From IMG/VR virus record IMGVR_UViG_2917408641_000004: a stretch of 44,025 nucleotides of DNA; one strand, 5' to 3'. A program made the translations under genes and the position numbers. The notes under the pieces were generated by a model. It saw only the letters and a list, made by a program, of their open reading frames with translations, made no database searches and was not told the origin of the DNA. Below are positions 18,919-28,680 of this stretch, piece after piece (position 1 is the stretch's first letter; each line of letters starts with the position of its first letter). The DNA comes from a virus. Lineage: Duplodnaviria; Heunggongvirae; Uroviricota; Caudoviricetes.

Positions 18919-19209
18919 TGCTTTAAATGGGGCAATGGTAATGTTGAATCTCATCCCGGGACTCATGTCTGTTAACTTATTATTTAGCTGGTGACTTGGT
19001 TATTTGCCTGATGTTTAAAATGTTTTCTTCCAGTACAATGTCCCTAAACACAATGAGTCTGCTTATTATATTATTAGCAGAGCTATTACGGCCAAAGTAC
19101 AGCATAAGCTTTTAAAGCCAATCAACCAGTCATCAAGACAGACGGGGTTATTCATAAAAACTCTCCATGTGTGATCCGATGGGGCCTGAAATTAAAGCTT
19201 TAATATAGC

Positions 19210-19422
19210 TCATGAAAGGTAAACATTGGCAGCTGAAGGGCCACGCAGACCATTTATCCGGCAAAATTCCACGCGTAATCCGGTGGTAATTTCTTCTGCA
19301 TCGCGGAGATTGAGCGCTGAAACATGAAGCTGGACATCGATACGACCATCGGATGGGGTGATAAGACCCTTGCCGCTTTTGCCGTCAAAGGTTTTGACAA
19401 TTCCTGTCATTTTACGGGACAA
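19210..19422 (-). CDS. cspF: Cold-shock-like protein, CspF/CspH subfamily
   Basis: 70-aa product [40 protein letters not shown]; divergent from cspB as in the Qin prophage; cannot exclude cspH assignment. Confidence 0.75.
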
Positions 19423-19722
19423 AAAAATTCCTTAATACTGATAACTTGGCGCACTATACACACGTTCCTGAAGAAAGCTATAGTTTTTTGATGGGGTTGA
19501 AGATGGCTGGATGTCTAAAATAAACATTGCTTCATATGTTCAACTATGCGTTAATGATTGCGTCGGTTTGAAGAACAGACGATATACGAAGTAGTTTACT
19601 AAAGCAGTTCTCATTTCAGGTGTTATTCACTTATTCCTTCTTTGAGTCTCTCCAATTAAGTACGAAGTCGTTTCTGTTATACAAGCCATTTATGCCGAAA
19701 GGCTCAAGTTAAGGAATGTAGA

Positions 19723-19938
19723 ATGTCAAATAAAATGACTGGTTTAGTAAAATGGTTTAACGCTGATAAAGGTTTTGGCTTTATTTCTCCTGTTGATGGT
19801 AGTAAAGATGTGTTTGTGCATTTTTCTGCGATTCAGAATGATAATTTTCGAACCTTATTTGAAGGTCAAAAGGTTACCTTCTCTGTAGAGAGTGGTGCTA
19901 AAGGTCCTGCAGCAGCAAATGTCATAATTACTGATTAA
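19723..19938 (+). CDS. cspB: Cold-shock protein CspB
   Basis: 71-aa product [38 protein letters not shown]..; CspA-family RNP motifs. Confidence 0.8.
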   Translation: MSNKMTGLVKWFNADKGFGFISPVDGSKDVFVHFSAIQNDNFRTLFEGQKVTFSVESGAKGPAAANVIITD

Positions 19939-20221
19939 AATTAATAGTTTGTCTGTATACGATAACGAAGAAGGCTGATGCCTGAGTGGAGATACAGACA
20001 GAGTGGTGAATATTGGATCTCTTTAATAAATAGTAAGGAGATCCAATACATGAAACAATGACCAGCATATTTGGCAATAACTTAATCAGGAAAAGTATGC
20101 TAACCATTGTGGTGAAGTGCAGGTTTGCTGCATGAATAGTTTTACAGCAGAAGCTAACTGCTAGCATAGCAAAACAAAGTGCGTAAGTGGATGACTCCCA
20201 CAAAAAGCACCACAATATTAA

Positions 20222-20242
20222 ACCCGCTCAGGCGGGTTTTTT
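20222..20242 (+). terminator. Rho-independent terminator downstream of cspB
   Basis: CCCGC-TCAG-GCGGG hairpin followed by TTTTTTATT. Confidence 0.6.
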
Positions 20243-20301
20243 ATTGTCTGCTTTAAATATGTTATTAAAATATAAAAAATACTTGTTACGAATAAAATCA
20301 A

Positions 20302-20472
20302 TCAAGCTACAGCTTTAAGATTTGTCTGGAATACTTTGTTGCAATGAGGGCAGATCAAAAGAGCACCTTTTTGTACTCTTGAAAAACTGTGTTCTGACTC
20401 TTGGGTGCAGTTTGGGCAGGAACATTTAACGAGATAATTACGGCGTGATTTTGAGTCTTTACGTTCTGACAT
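20302..20472 (-). CDS. Small zinc-ribbon protein
   Basis: 56 aa from ATG 20472 (AGGA upstream); two CxxC pairs (CPNC..CPHC). Confidence 0.4.
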   Translation of the reverse strand: MSERKDSKSRRNYLVKCSCPNCTQESEHSFSRVQKGALLICPHCNKVFQTNLKAVA

Positions 20473-20690
20473 AGGCTTTTCCTGTATAAATGGCCGTATA
20501 CAGTACACTAAATATGAAAACATATCTCGTATTATTATTTAATATATGATTTTCTTTTAAAATAATTACCCACATTTTTAATGTGTCTGTTTTTTAGCGC
20601 CGTTGAGAACAACGTTTGCTATAAAAACTAACCCATAGACTCCGATCTTTTCAAACATATTGCACCATCTGTGTACATCGGGGTGAGGAT

Positions 20691-20906
20691 ATGAAATCAA
20701 TGGATAAGTTAACAACAGGTATCGCCTATGGCACATCGGCTGGTAATGCTGGTTTCTGGGCATTGCAGTTACTCGATAAAGTAACTCCGTCACAGTGGGC
20801 TGCAATCGGTGTGCTGGGTAGTCTGGTTTTTGGCCTGCTGACATATCTGACAAACCTTTATTTCAAGATTAAAGAAGACAGGCGTAAGGTTGCGAGAAGA
20901 GAGTAA
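20691..20906 (+). CDS. Class II holin (phage 21 S-type pinholin)
   Basis: 71 aa; dual-start MKSM motif; two TM segments; sequence ..[58 protein letters not shown] typical of S21/EssD. Confidence 0.85.
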   Translation: MKSMDKLTTGIAYGTSAGNAGFWALQLLDKVTPSQWAAIGVLGSLVFGLLTYLTNLYFKIKEDRRKVARRE

Positions 20907-20910
20907 TCCA

Positions 20911-21462
20911 ATGACACAAGTCTATGAACTGGTTGTGAAAGGAGTCCGCAATTTTGAGAATAAAGTGGCGGTAACTGTAGCCTTACGGGACAAAAAACGC
21001 TTTGACGGTGAAATTTTTGACCTGGACATCTCGCTGGACCGTGTTGAAGGTGCCGCGCTGGAGTTTTATGAGGCAGCAGCGAGAAGGAGCATTAGACAGT
21101 TCTTCCTGGATGTTGCTGCCGGGTTATGTGAAGGGGATGAGCAGTCGCCGGAAAAGCGCCCCATAATTTTAGAGGCGCAGAATGTGTGGATAACCTACAA
21201 AGGAAAGCTACCGGGAAGAATTACTGGTTCTCTGAAGACGCCACCGACGGCATTGCGGTCAGAAAAAGATGATATTGAATCGCCCATTGAAAAACTGGAG
21301 GGCAGCGTCGCTGATCTGAATAAAAAATTGTCGGTGCTGATTCCTTCTGAAGATGAAAAAAAACGCCGCGATGAGCAGTTTGCGGCGTTTTACGATTATT
21401 GCATTGAAGTTACTCGCAGGAATTTTGTGAAGATTTTTGAGGAGGGTAAATCTCTTCAGTAA
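20911..21462 (+). CDS. Hypothetical protein inserted between holin and endolysin (YdfR/DUF1327-like by position)
   Basis: 183 aa from ATG 20911 just after holin stop; same strand as the lysis genes. Confidence 0.5.
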   Translation: MTQVYELVVKGVRNFENKVAVTVALRDKKRFDGEIFDLDISLDRVEGAALEFYEAAARRSIRQFFLDVAAGLCEGDEQSPEKRPIILEAQNVWITYKGKLPGRITGSLKTPPTALRSEKDDIESPIEKLEGSVADLNKKLSVLIPSEDEKKRRDEQFAAFYDYCIEVTRRNFVKIFEEGKSLQ

Positions 21463-21783
21463 GCTTAATGGCAGACGCTGCAATTAATTCAGGAAGGTCC
21501 GCAAGGTCATCTGTCAGTGGATATGATGAAAAATCGGCGGCAGTTCTGTTAAGAAGCGCTTTAACTAATTCCTTTTCCTTCTCCGGCAACAAGTTGATTA
21601 GAGCTACGACTGCTTGCCTGAGTGCGATTAAATCAGCAAAAGTTTGTTTTGGTAGATTTGTGTAATCCATAGTCACCTCTGTGTTTATCAGATTGACATC
21701 CTCCTCCCGCCAGTGCCCATCACTGGCGAGGTAAGATTTAACATATCCGGGGATTTGAAGCCGATAAATCCTGATAAATATCC

Positions 21784-22811
<1,028 letters not shown>

Positions 22812-23174
22812 ATTAATATTAAATCGGATTATTTTTAGCGCTGAATGTGAAATTTAAATAAAAAGGACTCTTCCATGAGTCAAAATCCTTGAAATCTTAA
22901 GGGTAAGATAAAAGGTCATTAGACAGAATGACACGTTTTATTAATAAATAAAGCTATTGTTTCATTCGTGTGTTTTTCTTTACAAAAGTAATCCTTGCTA
23001 TGGTTGGTTAATCATGCGTTAATGGTGTTCTGGTTTGTTACAAAATTATCTGAAGCAGTCATTGTTATAATTTTATTATTTGTACCTCTTGAGATTTCCT
23101 TGTTGGTTTTTCTCTCTGATATTTTTTTTCGGACCATTCTGCCCAAGGGCTAACTTCTTCAAAAGGTAATAATG

Positions 23175-23387
23175 ATGTCTAACAAAATGACTGGTTTAGT
23201 GAAATGGTTTAACCCTGAAAAAGGTTTTGGTTTCATCACGCCGAAAGATGGTAGCAAAGATGTGTTTGTCCATTTCTCAGCTATTCAGAGCAACGATTTC
23301 AAAACGTTAACTGAGAATCAGGAAGTCGAATTTGGTATTGAGAACGGACCTAAAGGCCCCGCGGCTGTTCATGTTGTGGCACTTTGA
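23175..23387 (+). CDS. cspI: Cold-shock protein CspI
   Basis: 70-aa product [70 protein letters not shown]. Confidence 0.8.
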   Translation: MSNKMTGLVKWFNPEKGFGFITPKDGSKDVFVHFSAIQSNDFKTLTENQEVEFGIENGPKGPAAVHVVAL

Positions 23388-23594
23388 GGTAGAAAATATT
23401 ACAAACCATATTCACTTTAGATGCCCGTGTTGCCATGGTTCTCAGTATAGAACATCATCTTTTGATGTTTCTGACAGGAATCCTTTCGGGGCAAAATGTA
23501 TCTTTTGTAAATCAATGATGATTACATTTGATAATATTTCACAATACTTAAATGTTAGCCGTCTGTCGTTAGATTTAAGAAAGTGAAAATGAAG

Positions 23595-23614
23595 GCTCCT
23601 TCGGGAGCTTTTTT
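23595..23614 (+). terminator. Rho-independent terminator after cspI
   Basis: GCTCC-TTCG-GGAGC hairpin followed by TTTTTT. Confidence 0.6.
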
Positions 23615-23658
23615 GCTTAGTGTCTAGTCGATGGATACTCACATATTACGGTAACATT

Positions 23659-23889
23659 ATGAAAAAAATAATAGTTTTTTTTAACTCTGAACCAGCAATG
23701 GTAGTGCCAGTGATGACCGGAGTTAACACCATCATGCGTGAATATCCAAATGGCGAAACAACACACCTCACTGTAATGGCTGCAGGGTTTCCATCTCTGA
23801 CCGGAGATCATAAAGTCATTTATGTAGCAGCGGATCGACATGTAACTTCAGAAGAAATTCTGGAAGCAGCAATGAGACTCTTGAATTGA
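23659..23889 (+). CDS. Hypothetical small protein
   Basis: 76 aa from ATG 23659; weak RBS; protein-like composition. Confidence 0.35.
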   Translation: MKKIIVFFNSEPAMVVPVMTGVNTIMREYPNGETTHLTVMAAGFPSLTGDHKVIYVAADRHVTSEEILEAAMRLLN

Positions 23890-24058
23890 TTTGATTCTAA
23901 TGCATTGATAATAAATGATAGTCATCTTTATCTGTTTGTGTGAAATTTAGACCGTCGTATGTTGATTATTGCGATGTTTCATCTTATCTTTTATACGTTT
24001 GCTCCATATAATTGACACTACTGTGTACCAGGAAAGTCATAACAGACTAAAAGAGGAA

Positions 24059-24234
24059 ATGATGAACATTGAAGAGTTAAAAACAAAAACAGAAGCAGAT
24101 ATTTCTGAATATATAACAAAAAAATCATTGAGCTTAAGAAAAAGACCGGGAAAGAAGTTACCAGTATCCAGTTTACTGCACGGGAAAAAATGACTGGTCT
24201 TGAAAGCTATGATATCAAGATTGATTTAATCTAG
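24059..24234 (+). pseudogene. gnsB: gnsB-like gene with -1 frameshift in an A7 tract
   Basis: SD AAGAGG then MMNIEELKTKTEADISEYITKK; frame breaks at the A7 run 24118-24124; the shifted frame continues ..KIIELKKKTGKEVTSIQFTAREKMTGLESYDIKIDLI to stop at 24234, matching GnsA/GnsB proteins end to end. Confidence 0.6.
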
Positions 24235-24529
24235 TATGTTTATAGTATTAGCATCAATTTCTCATCAGATGCTATTCAACAATACAAATTACCCATAAAC
24301 CTCGTTTTTACGGGGTTTTGTTATATTTAAACATTACCGAATAGGTATAAATCTCGATTGTCGATGGTATTGGTTGTGTGACAATACCTAGTCTTTCCGG
24401 TATGCCTGAAGAGAATACAAACGACAGATTATGTAAGGGAAACGCGCTGAAACTTTCACTCTTTCATGCTGAGTGATTTGACGTTATATTTTTAGCCGCA
24501 AGTGAAGAGCAAACGCATGGAGCGACAAA

Positions 24530-24736
24530 ATGCATAAAGATCAATACACTGATGCCCCCTCCCAGGAGCAGGTTCGTGTAAAAACTATGCTTAATAGCAC
24601 CATTTCGATGGGTTACCCGGATGTTGTAATTGCATGTATAGAACATCAAGTGTCTCTGGAAGCATTCAGGGCAATTGAGGCCGCGTTAGTAAAGCACGAT
24701 AAGAATACGAAGGATTATTCCCTGGTGGTTGACTGA
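24530..24736 (+). CDS. Hypothetical small protein
   Basis: 68 aa; SD GGAG 5 nt upstream of ATG. Confidence 0.4.
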   Translation: MHKDQYTDAPSQEQVRVKTMLNSTISMGYPDVVIACIEHQVSLEAFRAIEAALVKHDKNTKDYSLVVD

Positions 24737-25097
24737 TCACCATAACTGCTAACCATTCTGACCATTTCACAAGTGACAGAGTCAATATCGTATTCTGTCA
24801 CTGTCAGGCTAATACAGTACTGCAATTCAACTACAGCAATGCCTCGTATTTAGGTGAATTTACAATATCGTCCAGTTCGGATGCCGGCTGCATTTCTGAA
24901 GATAAGGCATTTCGGTTCTCGTATTTTCCCCTCATGCTCGTCAGTCCTGCGCGTAGTAAGAAACAGGACACTCACACTAATTTGTGTGGGCATGCTGTGA
25001 TGTCCTTCTGAATTATCCCCATGCCATTATGTAAAGCTCTGTTACAGATGCTCGTCACGGTTGTCAGGCTGTCGGGTCCTCCCAGTGGGGGGCCCTG

Positions 25098-25120
25098 CCA
25101 CGGGGCGGGAGCGTCGCGGA
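25098..25120. other. cos site (cosN-like nicking region)
   Basis: ACG-GGGCGGGAGCGT-CGCGG closely resembles lambda cosN ACG-GGGCGGCGACCT-CGCGG; lies about 180 bp upstream of the terminase small-subunit gene, as in lambda. Confidence 0.6.
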
Positions 25121-25298
25121 AAAAGGCTAGTTTTTGCATTTCCATGGCGGCGGCAGCATGTTTGGTAATTTATTGATAATTAAAAGTTATTTCTCTTTTC
25201 ACCTGTACAATATTTTTTTCTCCCTGTCATTAGACCAGTTTACAATTAATTGAAATATATAAATAAACATGATTTTCACCTGCCAGATGGAGTTGCTT

Positions 25299-25826
25299 AT
25301 GTCAAATGTGAGCGGGATCGGTGATGCTTATTACTGGAGTGTTTTTAAAATCGCTGAGGCCTTTGGGCTTCACCGGGACACAGTAAAAAAACGGCTTCTC
25401 GCGGCCAACACTCCTGTGGCTGCGACTGTCAGGGGGAACCCCGTTTACGCCCTGCAGCATGTCGGGCCAGCCCTGTTTAGTGTGAAGCATGAGGCAGCAG
25501 ACTCTGTTCATGATCCATCCCGTATGGAGCCGAAAGAGAGAAAGGACTGGTACCAGTCTGAAAATGAAAGGATCAAGCTGGAAAAGGAGCAGCGAAAACT
25601 CATCCCCGTTGATGAAGTAGTCATCGTCTATTCGTCCATGAGAAAGGCTGTCGTCCAGGTTCTGGAGACAATTCCGGATGTTCTTGAACGCGATTGCGCC
25701 CTGACTCCTCAGGCCGTCGGCGTTGTACAGCAGGCAATTGATGACCTGCGATACACTCTTCAGGAAAAATCCTACGAGGCTTGTGCTGCTGAATTAATTC
25801 CTGATGAGGAAGGAGAGAGTCTCTAG
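25299..25826 (+). CDS. Terminase small subunit
   Basis: 175 aa from ATG 25299 (SD GGAG); N-terminal HTH-like DNA-binding region; directly upstream of terminase large subunit and downstream of cos. Confidence 0.6.
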   Translation: MSNVSGIGDAYYWSVFKIAEAFGLHRDTVKKRLLAANTPVAATVRGNPVYALQHVGPALFSVKHEAADSVHDPSRMEPKERKDWYQSENERIKLEKEQRKLIPVDEVVIVYSSMRKAVVQVLETIPDVLERDCALTPQAVGVVQQAIDDLRYTLQEKSYEACAAELIPDEEGESL

Positions 25827-25834
25827 GAGGAATA

Positions 25835-27934
25835 ATGGGTTTTTCATCAGCCCGAAATTTGGGAAGGGACATATCGGCAGGATTTTCCCCACCACGTCGC
25901 ATGCCGATTTCGGAGGCTGTAAAAAAATTCATGCGTGTTCCCAAGGGGGCTGGTAACTCGGTGCCATGGGATCCTGAACTGACACCCTACATCATTGAGC
26001 CCATGAACTGCCTGGCATCGCGTGAATACGATGCGGTGATTTTTGTTGGTCCTGCGCGAACAGGGAAGACCATTGGTCTGATCGATGGATGGATTGTCTA
26101 TACCATCGTTTGCGATCCTTCGGACATGCTCGTTGTGCAGATGACCGAAGATAAGGCCCGCGAGCATTCTAAAAAGCGCCTCGACAGAACGTTCAGAAGC
26201 AGTGCGGCGGTAAAGAAAAGAATGAGTCCACGTCGTAACGACAATAATGTCCATGATAAGACGTTCAGGGATGGCTCGTTCCTTAAAATTGGTTGGCCCT
26301 CGGTCAACATTATGTCGTCGTCGGATTACCGGTTTGTCGCCTTAACCGATTACGACCGTTTTCCGGAGAATATCGACAGCGAGGGTGATGGTTTCTCCCT
26401 GGCCTCAAAACGTACCACCACATTTATGTCCGCCGGGATGACTCTGGTGGAGAGCTCGCCGGGACGTGACATCTGCGACAGCAAATGGCGACGTAAGTCG
26501 CCTCATGAAGCGCCACCGACGACTGGTATTCTTTCCCTTTACAATCGTGGTGACCGCCGCCGCTGGTACTGGTCATGTCCGCACTGCGGTGAATATTTTC
26601 AGCCAGCCATGGATGCCATGACCGGCTACCGTAATGAACCGGATCCCTTTAAAGCCAGTGAGGCGGCGTATCTACTTTGCCCGCACTGCAGCGGCATTAT
26701 CACTGCGGAGAAAAAGCGTGAGCTCAATAGTGCAGGAGTCTGGTTGCGTGAAGGTCAGGTCATTGATCGTAACGGCAACGTTTCCGGTGAACCGCGCCGC
26801 TCCCGTATCGCCAGTTTCTGGATGGAAGGGCCAGCTGCTGCGTATCAGACCTGGGCGCAACTGGTTTACAAATTACTGACTGCAGAACAGGAGTATGAAG
26901 CGACAGGAAGCGAAGAAACACTCAGGGCGGTTATCAACACCGACTGGGGATTGCCTTATCTTCCTCGTGCCAGCATGGAGCAACGAAAAAGTGAACTGCT
27001 TGAGCAGCGGGCAGAGCCAGTTCCTTCCCGCAGTGTGCCGGATGGCATTAATTTCCTTGTGGCGACAGTGGATGTGCAGGCGGGACGTCATCGCCGTTTT
27101 GTGGTTCAGGTAACGGGCTATGGCAGTCGTGGCGAACGCTGGATTATTGATCGTTACAACATCACGCAGTCATTGCGCAGTGACTGCGACGGGGAGAGCC
27201 AGCGAATTGATCCGGCCAGCTATCCAGAAGACTGGGATGTCCTGCTGACGGATGTTTTTCATAAAAGCTGGCCGCTGGCCTCCGATCCTTCTCAACAAAT
27301 GCGACTGATGGCAATGGCGGTGGACTCCGGCGGTGAAGACGGGGTCACTGATAATGCCTATAAATTCTGGCGTCGTTGCCGTCGTGATGGCCTTGGTAAA
27401 CGTATTTACCTGTTTAAGGGTGACAGCATCCGGCGCGCAAAACTGATCAGCCGTACATTCCCTGATAACACCGGACGAACGGGCCGCCGGGCGCAGGCCG
27501 CAGGTGATGTGCCGCTCTGGCTTCTTCAGACGGATGCCCTGAAAGACCGGGTGAATAACGCGTTATGGCGTGACTCGCCAGGTCCAGGCTATGTGCATTT
27601 CCCTGACTGGCTGGGGAGCTGGTTTTACGACGAACTGACGTATGAAGAGCGGAGCAGTGACGGGAAATGGAGTAAGCCGGGTCGCGGTGCCAACGAAGCT
27701 TTTGACCTGATGGTGTATGCCGAGGCTCTGGTCATTCTGCATGGATACGAAAAGATCCGCTGGCCGGATGCACCGGAGTGGGCGAGCCGGGAAACCTGGC
27801 TGGAGTGTGTCCAGGACAGTACCGAACCGTCATCCTCACCGGAACCGGTATCCACGCCTATTAAAAAACAAAAACGGAAGAAAACAGTAACTGACGATGT
27901 TAACCCCTGGCTGACTTCCGGAGGATGGTTATGA
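25835..27934 (+). CDS. Terminase large subunit (lambda gpA-like)
   Basis: 699 aa; SD AGGAGG; Walker A motif VGPARTGKT; gpA-family architecture. Confidence 0.9.
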   Translation: MGFSSARNLGRDISAGFSPPRRMPISEAVKKFMRVPKGAGNSVPWDPELTPYIIEPMNCLASREYDAVIFVGPARTGKTIGLIDGWIVYTIVCDPSDMLVVQMTEDKAREHSKKRLDRTFRSSAAVKKRMSPRRNDNNVHDKTFRDGSFLKIGWPSVNIMSSSDYRFVALTDYDRFPENIDSEGDGFSLASKRTTTFMSAGMTLVESSPGRDICDSKWRRKSPHEAPPTTGILSLYNRGDRRRWYWSCPHCGEYFQPAMDAMTGYRNEPDPFKASEAAYLLCPHCSGIITAEKKRELNSAGVWLREGQVIDRNGNVSGEPRRSRIASFWMEGPAAAYQTWAQLVYKLLTAEQEYEATGSEETLRAVINTDWGLPYLPRASMEQRKSELLEQRAEPVPSRSVPDGINFLVATVDVQAGRHRRFVVQVTGYGSRGERWIIDRYNITQSLRSDCDGESQRIDPASYPEDWDVLLTDVFHKSWPLASDPSQQMRLMAMAVDSGGEDGVTDNAYKFWRRCRRDGLGKRIYLFKGDSIRRAKLISRTFPDNTGRTGRRAQAAGDVPLWLLQTDALKDRVNNALWRDSPGPGYVHFPDWLGSWFYDELTYEERSSDGKWSKPGRGANEAFDLMVYAEALVILHGYEKIRWPDAPEWASRETWLECVQDSTEPSSSPEPVSTPIKKQKRKKTVTDDVNPWLTSGGWL

Positions 27935-28143
27935 ACCAGAATGATATCGAAGCCATGATTCAGCGTTATACGGAAGCTGAAATGGCGGTGCTGGACGGAA
28001 AATCCGTCACTTTTAATGGTCAGCAGATGACCATGGAAAACTTATCTGAGATCCGGCAGGGGCGGCAGGAGTGGGAGCGCCGCCTTGCGGCTCTGATTAC
28101 ACGACGACGGGGGCATCCCGGGTACCGGCTGGCGAGGTTCTGA
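27931..28143 (+). CDS. W: Head-tail joining protein W-like
   Basis: 70 aa; ATGA overlap with terminase stop; lambda gpW-like size and C-terminal RRRG motif. Confidence 0.7.
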   Translation: MNQNDIEAMIQRYTEAEMAVLDGKSVTFNGQQMTMENLSEIRQGRQEWERRLAALITRRRGHPGYRLARF

Positions 28144-28667
28144 TGGCAATTCTTGATGATGTGATTGGCGTTTTTTCACCAGGATGGAAAGCGGCAAGGC
28201 TGCGTTCCCGTGCGGTGATCCAGGCTTATGAGGCCGTAAAAACGACGCGGACACACAAAGCCCGACGGGAGAACCGAACTGCCGACCAGTTAAGCCAGTA
28301 CGGGGCCGTGTCGTTACGTGAGCAGGCCCGTTACCTTGATAACAACCACGATCTGGTCATTGGTGTATTTGACAAGCTGGAAGAACGGGTGGTGGGGAAA
28401 AGACCGGTGATGCCGTGGATTGACCCTGTTAAGGAGGCTGAGGCCTGGAAAATTCAGATTCGTGGTGGAGCGGCGACAGAATCAGACTGGGTACGTGCAG
28501 GTGGTCGTAATCCAGATGATGTCAAACGTCGGCGCAAGGCCGAAATTGATGAAAACCGCAAGCTGGATCTGGTATTTGATACCGATCCGGCCAGTGATAA
28601 AGGAGGCAGCAGTGCCGCAACGAAACGACAGGAGCCGCAGCACACCGACGACCAGTCCGAAGAATAA
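28143..28667 (+). pseudogene. Portal protein remnant with large internal in-frame deletion
   Basis: Only 174 aa where a portal of about 500 aa is expected; N-terminal part (..LREQARYLDNNHDLVIGVFDKLEERVVG) and C-terminal part (..PWIDPVKEAEAWKIQIRGGAATESDW..) align with the N- and C-terminal regions of lambda gpB; TGATG coupling to W. Confidence 0.55.
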
Positions 28668-28680
28668 TTCCTGGTTCAGG

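Noticed and set aside
18729-18935. 68-aa minus-strand ORF
   Set aside because: Spans a hairpin terminator and AT-rich sequence, has no RBS, and the product is of low complexity.
17095-19200. Search for stx toxin genes or tRNA genes downstream of Q
   Set aside because: No ORF resembling StxA/StxB and no sequence with tRNA-like conserved T-loop or acceptor features was recognised; the region is AT-rich with only short ORFs.
21410-21676. 88-aa minus-strand ORF overlapping the 3' end of the holin-endolysin spacer gene
   Set aside because: First codon is GTG and the first ATG (21670) has an SD-like sequence only 3 nt upstream; overlaps a better-supported gene. Kept only as a weak possibility.
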